Assembly (NCBI GenBank): GCA_964580935.1
Contig: CAZOLG010000001.1
Coordinates: forward strand, 188,745 to 252,744
Direction: 5' to 3'
Source of the DNA: an uncultured Methanomassiliicoccales archaeon
GTDB taxonomy: Archaea; Thermoplasmatota; Thermoplasmata; Methanomassiliicoccales; CAZOLG01
Length of the DNA stretch: 64,000 nucleotides
Part shown: positions 18,256 to 26,577 of the stretch, piece by piece
Numbering within the stretch: position 1 is the first letter of the stretch
Layout of the letters: each line of letters opens with the position of its first letter
Made by a program: the position numbers and the translations under genes
Notes under the pieces: model-generated
What the model saw: only the letters and a program-made list of their open reading frames with translations
Told to the model about the DNA's origin: nothing
The model's database searches: none

Positions 18256-18438
18256 ATGAAGAGCGTGACCGGGGCGGCCGGTTATTTTCTTCAGGAGATT
18301 CAAATGAAGCGCAATATATTATTCGAAATAGACCAGAATGAAAAAAGGCTCCTGGACATAGCCAAGGCGAAAAGTGACTACGAAACATGGAAGGATTTCT
18401 TCATATCTTTAGTAGAGAGCCAGGAGAATGACGAATGA
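18256..18438 (+). CDS. Small hypothetical protein, possibly ribbon-helix-helix-like (alternative start 18304)
   Basis: MKRNILFEIDQNEKRLLDIAKAK... shows a beta-strand/helix pattern. A TTTATATAAT box lies about 25 nt upstream of 18256. Confidence 0.4.
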   Translation: MKSVTGAAGYFLQEIQMKRNILFEIDQNEKRLLDIAKAKSDYETWKDFFISLVESQENDE

Positions 18439-18728
18439 ATCTAGAAAAATTAGAAGAGCTGGTAGAATCTGACAATCCTATCCAGTTGAGCAGGCCCGCT
18501 AGAAGGGTTGAGTTAAAACAATCTGAGGCGATAGATGAGCTCAGCGATCAGCTTTACTCTCCCACCTGCGGCTTCAGAAGAGCAGAGAAGGCGGGTAATG
18601 AGGTCCAGATGATCAGGTGGCATAAGCCCGCTCTCAAGGAGTTTAACAAGGTCCTGGGCGCCTACGACAGGGCGCGGAGGATTCTGTTCAGGCGGACGGT
18701 TGACGCAATGAACATTAGGATACATTGA
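18435..18728 (+). CDS. Hypothetical protein, translationally coupled to the preceding ORF
   Basis: 97 aa. ATGA overlap with the upstream stop. Confidence 0.45.
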   Translation: MNLEKLEELVESDNPIQLSRPARRVELKQSEAIDELSDQLYSPTCGFRRAEKAGNEVQMIRWHKPALKEFNKVLGAYDRARRILFRRTVDAMNIRIH

Positions 18729-18894
18729 GGAGGTCATCGAGGAGACGCTGTTCAACGAGGATTAAACCCCTTTCCCTTTATTCTTTCTTTCATTTCTTAT
18801 GAATCCATGAGGAAAATCTTCTTTAGGAACGGTGCGCGTACTTACTTATGAGCGGGAGACGGTTTGGATGAGAACCTGAATCGCCGCATTGGTC

Positions 18895-19473
18895 ATGGAG
18901 GTGAGGGGTTTGCATAAGTCATTCTGGCTTGGCCTGATTGGCGGGATATTTGGGATATCGGCATCCATCGGTGTTATATTTCTCGGTGGGCTTGAAGAGG
19001 CTTTTGGCGCGGGTGCGGGGGAGCTTTATGGTCTTGGGTTCGCTGCCATGATCTTTTCCGTTATCGGCATGGTCGGCGGGATACTGGAAAAGAACAAGGC
19101 GATCGGGGGCACACTGATGGTGGCAAGCGGAATAGTGGTCCTCATATGCATCTCACTATATGGGGTCCTCACCTTCGTGTTCTTCCTTATCGGAGGTGTG
19201 ATTTACCTGATAGAATGGAGGAAGGAAGCCCAATTCTCCACCAAAGTCAGAAATGAAACCACCGTCAAACAATCTACAACATCTGATGAACTGGATGAGA
19301 CAGATGCAATCATAGTCAGGCGTTGCTCGAAGTGTCACACAGTCCTTGAGGATGATTGGGCGGTGTGCCCAAAATGTAAGAGTGTCTTTCGGAAGAAGTG
19401 CCCAGATTGTGAGAGAATCTTACCGAAGAATTTCGAAGCCTGTCCATATTGTGGACACGATTTCGGTAATTGA
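18895..19473 (+). CDS. Membrane protein (4 TM) with C-terminal double zinc ribbon
   Basis: ATG at 18895 (the track TTG is at 18889). The C-terminus is CSKCH...CPKC...CPDC...CPYCGHDF. Confidence 0.6.
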   Translation: MEVRGLHKSFWLGLIGGIFGISASIGVIFLGGLEEAFGAGAGELYGLGFAAMIFSVIGMVGGILEKNKAIGGTLMVASGIVVLICISLYGVLTFVFFLIGGVIYLIEWRKEAQFSTKVRNETTVKQSTTSDELDETDAIIVRRCSKCHTVLEDDWAVCPKCKSVFRKKCPDCERILPKNFEACPYCGHDFGN

Positions 19474-19499
19474 TAAAGAAAAAGTCAGACGCTGGGTTC

Positions 19500-19694
19500 T
19501 CATAATAGAGAGTCATCCCTCTCCTCCAAAGCCACCAGCTCCTCGCTGATCCTGACCTTCAGCTCTGGGTGATTTGCCAGCGCTTTATCGAGGATCCGAA
19601 TGATGTCCTGGATTAGATTCTCCGTTTGTGCACATTTCGGACAGAGGCGCTGCTTGCCGATCCAGTCGACGCGGATCGTGTGATCCTTGGGCAC
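19500..19694 (-). CDS. Hypothetical protein with a single CxxC pair; reading frame stays open and protein-like up to 19934
   Basis: GTG start at 19694 in the track. The upstream in-frame sequence ...ERNYLNVIEAGDHQRALNWARGWSDGIEKLLKATGVYDRAKKEVERE has no canonical start. It competes with antisense ORF 19626..19928. Confidence 0.35.
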   Translation of the reverse strand: MPKDHTIRVDWIGKQRLCPKCAQTENLIQDIIRILDKALANHPELKVRISEELVALEERDDSLL

Positions 19695-20132
19695 CTCCCT
19701 CTCAACCTCTTTCTTGGCGCGATCGTAAACACCGGTGGCCTTGAGGAGCTTCTCGATACCGTCGCTCCATCCCCGCGCCCAGTTAAGCGCTCGCTGGTGA
19801 TCCCCGGCCTCGATGACATTGAGGTAATTCCTTTCACATTCGGAGAGGAAACCCCCGCGCTTCCTTTGGAGAGTACTGGATGGAGATTTGGATTTCCTTT
19901 GATTCAGAAAGATATAAAGGCGGGGTAAATCGTGTCAATTTGAACATGGCCCCGACACTTTCACTTTGGTTGGGCATGAATTAAAATAGGTACAAGCGTT
20001 ATAAATTTCGAGGTGAGAAAAAAGAAAAAAGAAATCCGCATTTTGGATAGATTTAAACGCTAGAGATTTAAGAAGAACGTTGGGAAGGGAGGAATCCCTG
20101 CCAGGAAGCTCCCTTCCCCATCACTTCGGAAA

Positions 20133-20369
20133 GTGATTAAAATGAATAATGAAAGAATAAGTAATAATCATTTCGGTGAAAAACCGGATAAAGACGAACT
20201 TGAAAAAATTTTACAGACTGAAATGTGTCTGGGAGTAATTTTGAGGGCCAGATATCCAGATATTTTGGATATCGTAAGAGAATTGGAAGACCATCCAGAA
20301 CTAGATATAATCTACGTCCGAAAATCGATAGGCAAGCTCTGGATTCGGGGGGAGGGTAATGACTACTGA
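20133..20369 (+). CDS. Small hypothetical protein (first gene of the element replication-like module)
   Basis: 78 aa. GTG at 20133 or ATG at 20142. It overlaps the next ORF. Confidence 0.4.
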   Translation: MIKMNNERISNNHFGEKPDKDELEKILQTEMCLGVILRARYPDILDIVRELEDHPELDIIYVRKSIGKLWIRGEGNDY

Positions 20370-20595
20370 GGTCAAGAGAGAGCCCGTACCGGCCGGTTTG
20401 GACATGGAGGCACCCTTCTATATCATCGCCTGGGAGAAGGGCCTGATGGACGACTTAGAGGGTATTCTGGGGCTGTATGTGGACATGATCACCCGTGGTA
20501 GGGTCCTGGTCAAGCCCGTCCACCTGAGAGAATTGGAAGCGTGGCAGCGGGTCCTTAGGGATTATGATTGTGTCCTAATCCCGGAGGTGCTGTAA
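20359..20595 (+). CDS. Small hypothetical protein
   Basis: 78 aa. It overlaps both neighbours; the TAATG junction at 20593-20597 joins it to the P-loop gene. Confidence 0.45.
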   Translation: MTTEVKREPVPAGLDMEAPFYIIAWEKGLMDDLEGILGLYVDMITRGRVLVKPVHLRELEAWQRVLRDYDCVLIPEVL

Positions 20596-22130
20596 TGAGC
20601 GAAGGAGTGGCTAAGCCGGGCCTGATCATCGATAAGACCAGTGATCTCAAAATAGTTGAACAGTGCTATAATGGTCAGAACCCCCATTTCGTGGTGTTTG
20701 ACGCGCTTACTGAAGAATGGGAACCGAGGTCTCAAGTGAAGCACAACGACGTGTTGTATTCTCCAATTCAGGACGCGCTGTTGGAGAAAGGGTTTATCTA
20801 CCTCCCATCAAGACCGGAGGACTACGAGGATGAATTGAGCCTCTTCAATGAGATCATCGACTTCCTCCATGAATGGGTGGACGTTGGAGACAGGACGACA
20901 GAGAAGCTAATCACCGCGTACATTCTGATGACTTGGCTATACGATAAGATGCCCTGCATTCCAATCCTCAATATTCGGGGAGGGAAAGGTGCAGGCAAGT
21001 CAAGGTTGGGAACGCTGTGCATCCGGTTGTCATTCAGAGGTATGAGAGGATCCGGAGCGGCCACCTTCTCCCCCATATTTCGTAGCGTAGAACGGTGGAA
21101 AGGCACACTATATCTTAACGAGAACGACATGGGGCATACCGATGAGACCTCTAACTTGGTGACCTTTCTTAATGAGAGATTTGAGAAAGGGGGCGGTGTA
21201 TGGCGCTCCAAAAAAAACAACCCCAGTCAGACGGAGGTTTTCAATTCTTACGGACCTACCATAATGACCACCCGATCCGCTTTTCAGGACGATGCGGTGG
21301 AGTCCAAGAGTATAATCATCAGGATGAAGGAGACTGAGAGGGATATTTTATTGAACCTCCCCCCAAGATTCTACGAGAAGGCGGCGGAACTGCGCAACAA
21401 ATTGTTCATGTTCCGGCTTCGTAACTACTTCGCCTTTAAAAATGATTATGAATTGCGGTTTGAGGGTATCTCTCCCAGGATGGGGCAGATCGTGCAGCCA
21501 CTGGGAAGTCTTGCCAGGATGATTTCAGATGAGTTTTACAATGAGATTAAGAGCTTGGTCAATGAGTTATTCCAGAGGCAGGTGAAAGAGGCCGCCGATT
21601 CATACGATGGGAGGGTAGTTAGAGCATTCTTCTCTCTTGAAAATAAGAATGGTAAGAATACTGGAATCACGGCCACTGAGATATCAAAGCAGACAGATGA
21701 GTGGGACTGTAAAATTTCGCCGGCGGTTGTAGGTAAACGAATGAAGGCCCTCGATTTCGAGCAACGAAGAAAGGGTAATTCTCGCCCCTATTTCCTGGAA
21801 GATGATCGGAAGAGGCAAAGGTTGCGCAGGAATTACATCCCCTTAGACGAAAGGGGGGACAATCGAGAGGTCCAGAGAACGATCGAGAACGTGTCTCATG
21901 ACAGCTGTGACAGCTATGACAGCTACATGGGACAGGGTGGGGGTGTGATCTCTTCCCAACAGGAGAGCATTGAGTACCTACGATATGTGATCGACAACCA
22001 GTCCGTCACCATAGATGACCTGGTAGAATTCAATGACCGCGTGCCCAACATCCAGACAACGGCTAAGAAATTGAAGGAACAGGGTGAGATTATCGAGCTC
22101 CCTAATGGAACTCTGGAAGTCAAAAGATAG
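20595..22130 (+). CDS. P-loop NTPase, possibly SF3-type replicative helicase / replication initiator of the element
   Basis: Walker A RGGKGAGKS and Walker B-like TLYLNENDM. The C-terminus looks wHTH-like. It carries the 3 x 9-bp repeat encoding DSCDSYDSY. Confidence 0.6.
   Translation: MSEGVAKPGLIIDKTSDLKIVEQCYNGQNPHFVVFDALTEEWEPRSQVKHNDVLYSPIQDALLEKGFIYLPSRPEDYEDELSLFNEIIDFLHEWVDVGDRTTEKLITAYILMTWLYDKMPCIPILNIRGGKGAGKSRLGTLCIRLSFRGMRGSGAATFSPIFRSVERWKGTLYLNENDMGHTDETSNLVTFLNERFEKGGGVWRSKKNNPSQTEVFNSYGPTIMTTRSAFQDDAVESKSIIIRMKETERDILLNLPPRFYEKAAELRNKLFMFRLRNYFAFKNDYELRFEGISPRMGQIVQPLGSLARMISDEFYNEIKSLVNELFQRQVKEAADSYDGRVVRAFFSLENKNGKNTGITATEISKQTDEWDCKISPAVVGKRMKALDFEQRRKGNSRPYFLEDDRKRQRLRRNYIPLDERGDNREVQRTIENVSHDSCDSYDSYMGQGGGVISSQQESIEYLRYVIDNQSVTIDDLVEFNDRVPNIQTTAKKLKEQGEIIELPNGTLEVKR
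21898..21923. repeat. Three tandem 9-bp units (GACAGCTNT) inside the P-loop gene; inverted partner of 14292..14317
   Basis: ATGACAGCTGTGACAGCTATGACAGC matches the reverse complement of 14292..14317 at 25 of 26 positions. Confidence 0.8.
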
Positions 22131-22164
22131 ATATGTCTGTAAGTACATCTGGGTGGTGAGAAGG

Positions 22165-23109
22165 ATGCCTTCCAAGAGGCGGATATGGGAGCGCATCCTG
22201 CGGGAGTATCTAGAAGATTGCAGGGACAGACAACTCAGCAAATCTACGATAAAGAACTACCGGTACACACTGAAGAATCTACTGGAAACACTGGAGAAGG
22301 GTGGTAAGAACACCCACCCAGATAAGATAGGTAAACAGGACCTGGCCTATCTACTTTCCAGTCTAAAGGGAACCCAGAAAACGATGCAACACAAGGTTGC
22401 GGTCCTTAAGGTGTTCCTGAAACACCACGGTAATACAACGCTAGACAAAATGGGAGTGTCCTACCAGACAGACATGAGACCTAACGCAGACTGGTTGAGT
22501 CCTGAAGAATCGGAGATAATCAAGACAGTATGCGCCACCCCGGTGGAATGCCTTATAGTCCATCTGGAGGTTGATTTGGGGCTGAGAAGGGTGGGTATAA
22601 TGCGCCTAACCAAGGAGTCCATAAACCACCGCAGTAGGACGGTCAATGTACTAGGCAAGGGTAGGATGGGAGGTAAGGAAAGGACGGTACCCTTCCATAG
22701 AGATACCGAGAACGTGCTAACAAAATACTACGAATGGAGGCAAAAGATGGTACTACAGGAAATGAGTAAGAACTCCAACTTCGAGGACCCAGATAAACTG
22801 CTATTGGTGAAATCTAAGGGACAACTCAAGGTACCGACTATCTACATGTTCGATGGTAGGCTCAGGGAGGTCTCCAAGAGATCGGGTATCAAATTCTCCA
22901 ACCACACACTCAGAAGGACCTATGGCCGGAATCTGTGGAAGGCGGGGGTCCCCTTGGAGACAATCAAGGAGCTGATGGGGCACTGCTCTATCGACACCAC
23001 CATAGATTACCTAGGTATACGACTAGACGACATGACCGATGCTATGGACAGACTAGGAGAGTATCAGAAGAGTATATTATGCCCTCAAGAAGGCATTTTT
23101 GAGCCCTAG
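22165..23109 (+). CDS. Tyrosine recombinase / integrase (XerC/D-like)
   Basis: Start at ATG 22165 (MPSKRRIWERIL). Catalytic motifs: GLRRVGIMRL (Arg), HTLRRTYGRNL (H-x-x-R) and MGHCSIDTTIDYL (His ... Tyr). Confidence 0.9.
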   Translation: MPSKRRIWERILREYLEDCRDRQLSKSTIKNYRYTLKNLLETLEKGGKNTHPDKIGKQDLAYLLSSLKGTQKTMQHKVAVLKVFLKHHGNTTLDKMGVSYQTDMRPNADWLSPEESEIIKTVCATPVECLIVHLEVDLGLRRVGIMRLTKESINHRSRTVNVLGKGRMGGKERTVPFHRDTENVLTKYYEWRQKMVLQEMSKNSNFEDPDKLLLVKSKGQLKVPTIYMFDGRLREVSKRSGIKFSNHTLRRTYGRNLWKAGVPLETIKELMGHCSIDTTIDYLGIRLDDMTDAMDRLGEYQKSILCPQEGIFEP

Positions 23110-23128
23110 CCAGTGTGTTCTAACAACA

Positions 23129-23158
23129 ATATAAATATATTGCTTGTAAAATCACTGG
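23129..23158. repeat. attR (30-bp direct repeat)
   Basis: Identical to 14106..14135. Confidence 0.9.
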
Positions 23159-23738
23159 CTGACAAAGAAAGAGGCCGTTGTTATTCATTCTCCATTGTTG
23201 TGCGAATTCCTTCTTCCATATTCTACATATGGAGAGGACATATGATTACACAATTGTTCTCCTGAAGTCCGAAATCGTGAAGCTGCCATAGAGGTGCTCG
23301 ATAGAATTGCTGATCGTAATCTCTAAGGCCCGATGTCAAGGCATTTGACAATTGATGCAATATGTCAGATAAATGGATACAAAATAGGTTCTCCAGCATC
23401 TGAATGATAAGTTGAAGAGGGGGTGAAAGAAGATCGGTGTTGATATGATTTACTGAAGACCAAATATGTAAAATGACTGTTGAAATGGACCGGGCGAAGA
23501 GTGATCTTCGACAATCTGCAGACTGTACAGTAATGACATCTAAGACAAAGGTAGTTAGTCAAAGGTCAACAGTCTGGAATAGATTTTGAAGGACAATATT
23601 AATCTGGATACAATGCGAAGGTTCTCCTCCAGAATAATGTCAAGCCACCCCCCTAAGAGTCATCAAATTGACTCGAGGTCCTATTTAGCGAGGGATCATT
23701 ATCCGTCAAAGTGTCTTATTGCTTGCACCGGCCAGAAA

Positions 23739-24203
23739 TCAATTTCCCTTTTCTTCCAAGATGCTCTTTGGAGTGCTCTGGTGGCTCTGCTTCACCGAGT
23801 CTGGAGAAATCATGGTAAGCTTCCCGGTCAACACTCCCTTGACGCTCACCAGTTCATCTTTCAATTCTCTAACGTCCTTGACTTCCCCCTCGACCAACAG
23901 GGTCTCAAGGCACTTCTCATCATCCAGATGAACGTGGATGGTGGAAGAGATACGGTCTCTGTAGTCGTGCTGGATCTCCATCAGTTTCTCCTGAACGTTT
24001 CCCGTGTGGTGGTCATACATCAGGGTGATGGTTCCCACAACAGAGAGACCTTCATGCTTCCAGCTCTCTTCGATGAGGGCTCTTCTGATGAGGTCCCTGA
24101 TCGCTTCTGACCTTGCCGTGTACCCTTTCTTCCGAATCAGCTCGTCGAAATTATCCAGCAGCGCCGGATCGAGAGATATTCCAATTCTAGTGACCTTGTC
24201 CAT
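23739..24203 (-). CDS. nikR: Nickel-responsive regulator NikR (RHH + ACT-like Ni-binding domain)
   Basis: N-terminal RHH segment RIGISLDPALLDNFDELIRKKGYTARSEAIRDLIR. C-terminal His/Cys cluster YDHH...HDY...HVHLDDEKC. Confidence 0.85.
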   Translation of the reverse strand: MDKVTRIGISLDPALLDNFDELIRKKGYTARSEAIRDLIRRALIEESWKHEGLSVVGTITLMYDHHTGNVQEKLMEIQHDYRDRISSTIHVHLDDEKCLETLLVEGEVKDVRELKDELVSVKGVLTGKLTMISPDSVKQSHQSTPKSILEEKGN

Positions 24204-24250
24204 ATCGCTACTAGAATGGAAAGACAGCTAGAAAAGTCTTGTTGCATTGA

Positions 24251-25651
24251 TCAGGAGGGGATTGCTCCCACCCTCTTGAGGTACTCCCCTCTCTGGTAGA
24301 GGCTCTTGAGGGCCAGAATTGACCTCCTGAGGGAATTATACGATGGTATCCTGCGCTCCTCGAACTCCTTCAGGAAGTCCCGTGTGTATTCCCCCCCGAT
24401 AGAACATACGACTATGGGCTTCTTCCCATTCTTACACCACTTCTCAGTGATGTCCAACAGCCTCCTAGTGGTGCCCGGTGTCTGCAGCTGTACCAGCAGA
24501 AGTATGACATCGATACTTTTCTCCTCCTGCAGGTTCCTCAGCACCGTATCGTACATCTCATCCGTAGCACCCCCAGTCAGATCAATTGGGTTCTCAGCCG
24601 ATGCATAGTGCAGAGAACAGTCGATGATCCTCTTCTTCGTATCCTCAGAGAATTCGGCCATCCTCATTCCCATCCCTTTCTCCTGTGATGTGATGTAGTC
24701 GGCTGCGATCACTCCGAAACCACCAGCGCTGCTGACCACCGCGATCCTGTCACCCTCGATGTGACCCAGGTATGCCAGTGCACGAGAAAGGTCGAGCAAC
24801 TCGATCTCGTCGTAGGCTCTGCTGACCCCGAACTGCCTGAAGACGCCAGAAACCAGGCTATCCGAAGAGAGGGCCAGGGCGCCGGTGTGTGATGCTGCAG
24901 CTTTCTGCCCCTGCTCTGTTCGTCCCACCTTCACCGCTACGATGGGCTTCTCCGGCGAGATCTCTTCGCACAGCTCTAGGAATTGTTCTCCATCCTGGAA
25001 AGATTCAAGGTAAAGGCAAATGCACTCCGTATCCTCATCCTGGCCCAGGTACTCAAGGAAATCATTCTCGTTCAAATCGACCTTGTTGCCCAGGCCCACG
25101 CAGCACGACACCCCCACGTTCTCATCGTTTGCGGTCTCGAACACTCCGGTGAGTACGGAACCGCTCTGCGAGACTATTGCCAGGGGACCATCACCGGGGC
25201 GTGGGCTCCGCTCTCTGGGGGTGAAGAAGGTATCGAGATTGTTGCGTGGCACGAGCACCCCGAGAGTGTTGGGGCCCAGTATCCTGGTCTCTGTGCCCTT
25301 CACCATTTCTAGCAGACCCTGCTGCAGCAGGGCTCCGCCCTCTCCCACCTCCGAGAACCCGCTTGCCACAGGGATCACAAAGGGTATCTTGACCTCAGCA
25401 CATTCCTTTACCACCTCCACGGTAGGCTGAGCGGGTATGGCTATCACTGCCAGGTCGACCCTCTCCGGGAGATCAGAGACACTGGGATAGCTCGTACGCC
25501 CCAGCATCGAATCCAGATAGGGGTTAACAGCGTAGATCCGGGAATCGCTCTCCAACAGGTTCTTAAAGATGGTGTGACCGATCTTCTCCGAGCTGCCTGA
25601 GGCGCCCACCACAGCAATGCTCTCGGGATCGAATAATCGAGTGAGGGACAT
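24251..25651 (-). CDS. ADP-forming acetyl-CoA synthetase alpha subunit / CoA-binding protein
   Basis: CoA-binding N-terminus ESIAVVGASGSSEKIGH, and phosphohistidine loop ASHTGALA. Confidence 0.8.
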   Translation of the reverse strand: MSLTRLFDPESIAVVGASGSSEKIGHTIFKNLLESDSRIYAVNPYLDSMLGRTSYPSVSDLPERVDLAVIAIPAQPTVEVVKECAEVKIPFVIPVASGFSEVGEGGALLQQGLLEMVKGTETRILGPNTLGVLVPRNNLDTFFTPRERSPRPGDGPLAIVSQSGSVLTGVFETANDENVGVSCCVGLGNKVDLNENDFLEYLGQDEDTECICLYLESFQDGEQFLELCEEISPEKPIVAVKVGRTEQGQKAAASHTGALALSSDSLVSGVFRQFGVSRAYDEIELLDLSRALAYLGHIEGDRIAVVSSAGGFGVIAADYITSQEKGMGMRMAEFSEDTKKRIIDCSLHYASAENPIDLTGGATDEMYDTVLRNLQEEKSIDVILLLVQLQTPGTTRRLLDITEKWCKNGKKPIVVCSIGGEYTRDFLKEFEERRIPSYNSLRRSILALKSLYQRGEYLKRVGAIPS

Positions 25652-25775
25652 GCTTCGCGGTACTGCTATGCCCTATAAATAATAATCATTTTCGCCGCCC
25701 CTCATGTGCCGATCGATTCTCAATGTGCCCTGGCCAAAAGATAGATATGAGAGGTACATACAATCACCCGTTAGC

Positions 25776-26567
25776 ATGCGAGAGGCTAGACGGGTATTGG
25801 AGAAGATAAAGCTGGTGATAAGGGACGCCTCCCCACAGGAACGGACGGCAGTTCTGTTCTCTGGTGGATTGGACAGCACAGTACTGGCCTCCCTCCTCTC
25901 TCAGCATACTCGCGTCAAGCTGTACACCGTGGGGAAAGAGGGTTCGTTTGATATGGAGATGGGGAGGAAGACTGCCGCATTTCTTGAGTTGCCTTGGAAT
26001 GGGTTGGTGGTCGACCACGACCAGATCATAAGGGGTCTTTCGGAGCTGATATCGATACTGCCCACGGACAACCCGGTTGTCCTCTCCTACGAATTGCCCT
26101 TGTATCTGGCCGCCCTGGAGATTCCAGAAGTACATCTGTTCAGCGGCCAGGGGGCGGACGAGCTGTTCGGTGGTTACGCCAAGTACGTTGAACTGAGCGA
26201 TGGGGAAAGAGAGACGAAGATGGCCGAAGATCTTGAAAACTTGTTACAGGAAGGACTACTGTTGGAGGAGAGGATCGCTGAATACCATGACAAGGTCATC
26301 CACTACCCATTCCTTGATCTGGAGGTCCGCGGGATGGTGGGAAAACTGCCAATGGATTACAAGATACGTGGGGAAACCAGGAAGGTATTGCTCAGAGATA
26401 TAGCGAGGATTTTGAAACTGGAGGAAGTTGCCACCAGGAAGAAGAAGGCGGCACAGTACGGTACAGGCATCATGGATTCGATGAGGAAGGAGGCCAGACG
26501 GAGGAACACTGGAGTGCGGGGACTTATCGAGCAACTAGCCACTGGAGGGAGGGCCCCTGAAACATGA
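25776..26567 (+). CDS. Asparagine synthase C-terminal-domain-like PP-loop ATPase
   Basis: SGGLDS PP-loop (AVLFSGGLDSTVLASL) and GQGADELFGGY. Start chosen at ATG 25776; the track start is 25704. Confidence 0.65.
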   Translation: MREARRVLEKIKLVIRDASPQERTAVLFSGGLDSTVLASLLSQHTRVKLYTVGKEGSFDMEMGRKTAAFLELPWNGLVVDHDQIIRGLSELISILPTDNPVVLSYELPLYLAALEIPEVHLFSGQGADELFGGYAKYVELSDGERETKMAEDLENLLQEGLLLEERIAEYHDKVIHYPFLDLEVRGMVGKLPMDYKIRGETRKVLLRDIARILKLEEVATRKKKAAQYGTGIMDSMRKEARRRNTGVRGLIEQLATGGRAPET

Positions 26568-26577
26568 ATCGTCCCGG

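Larger units (their letters stand above)
14106..23158. mobile_element. Integrated element (about 9.05 kb) bounded by perfect 30-bp direct repeats; integrase at right end
   Basis: ATATAAATATATTGCTTGTAAAATCACTGG occurs at 14106..14135 and 23129..23158. The tyrosine integrase ends 20 bp before attR. The left half is visibly AT-richer than the flanks, and the content is small ORFan genes plus a P-loop protein. Confidence 0.85.

Noticed and set aside
19626-19928. 100-aa plus-strand ORF in the element.
   Set aside because: It overlaps a minus-strand frame with a CxxC motif and helical, charged, protein-like sequence. Neither can be proven, so the plus ORF is not reported as a feature. The ambiguity is described in a finding.
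21898-21930. Tandem 9-bp repeats, considered as a mini CRISPR or other array.
   Set aside because: There are only three units with no spacers, inside an ORF. No CRISPR-like repeat-spacer architecture occurs anywhere in the window.
23586-24110. 174-aa plus-strand ORF.
   Set aside because: It lies antisense to the well-supported nikR gene and has no motifs. It is a typical shadow ORF.
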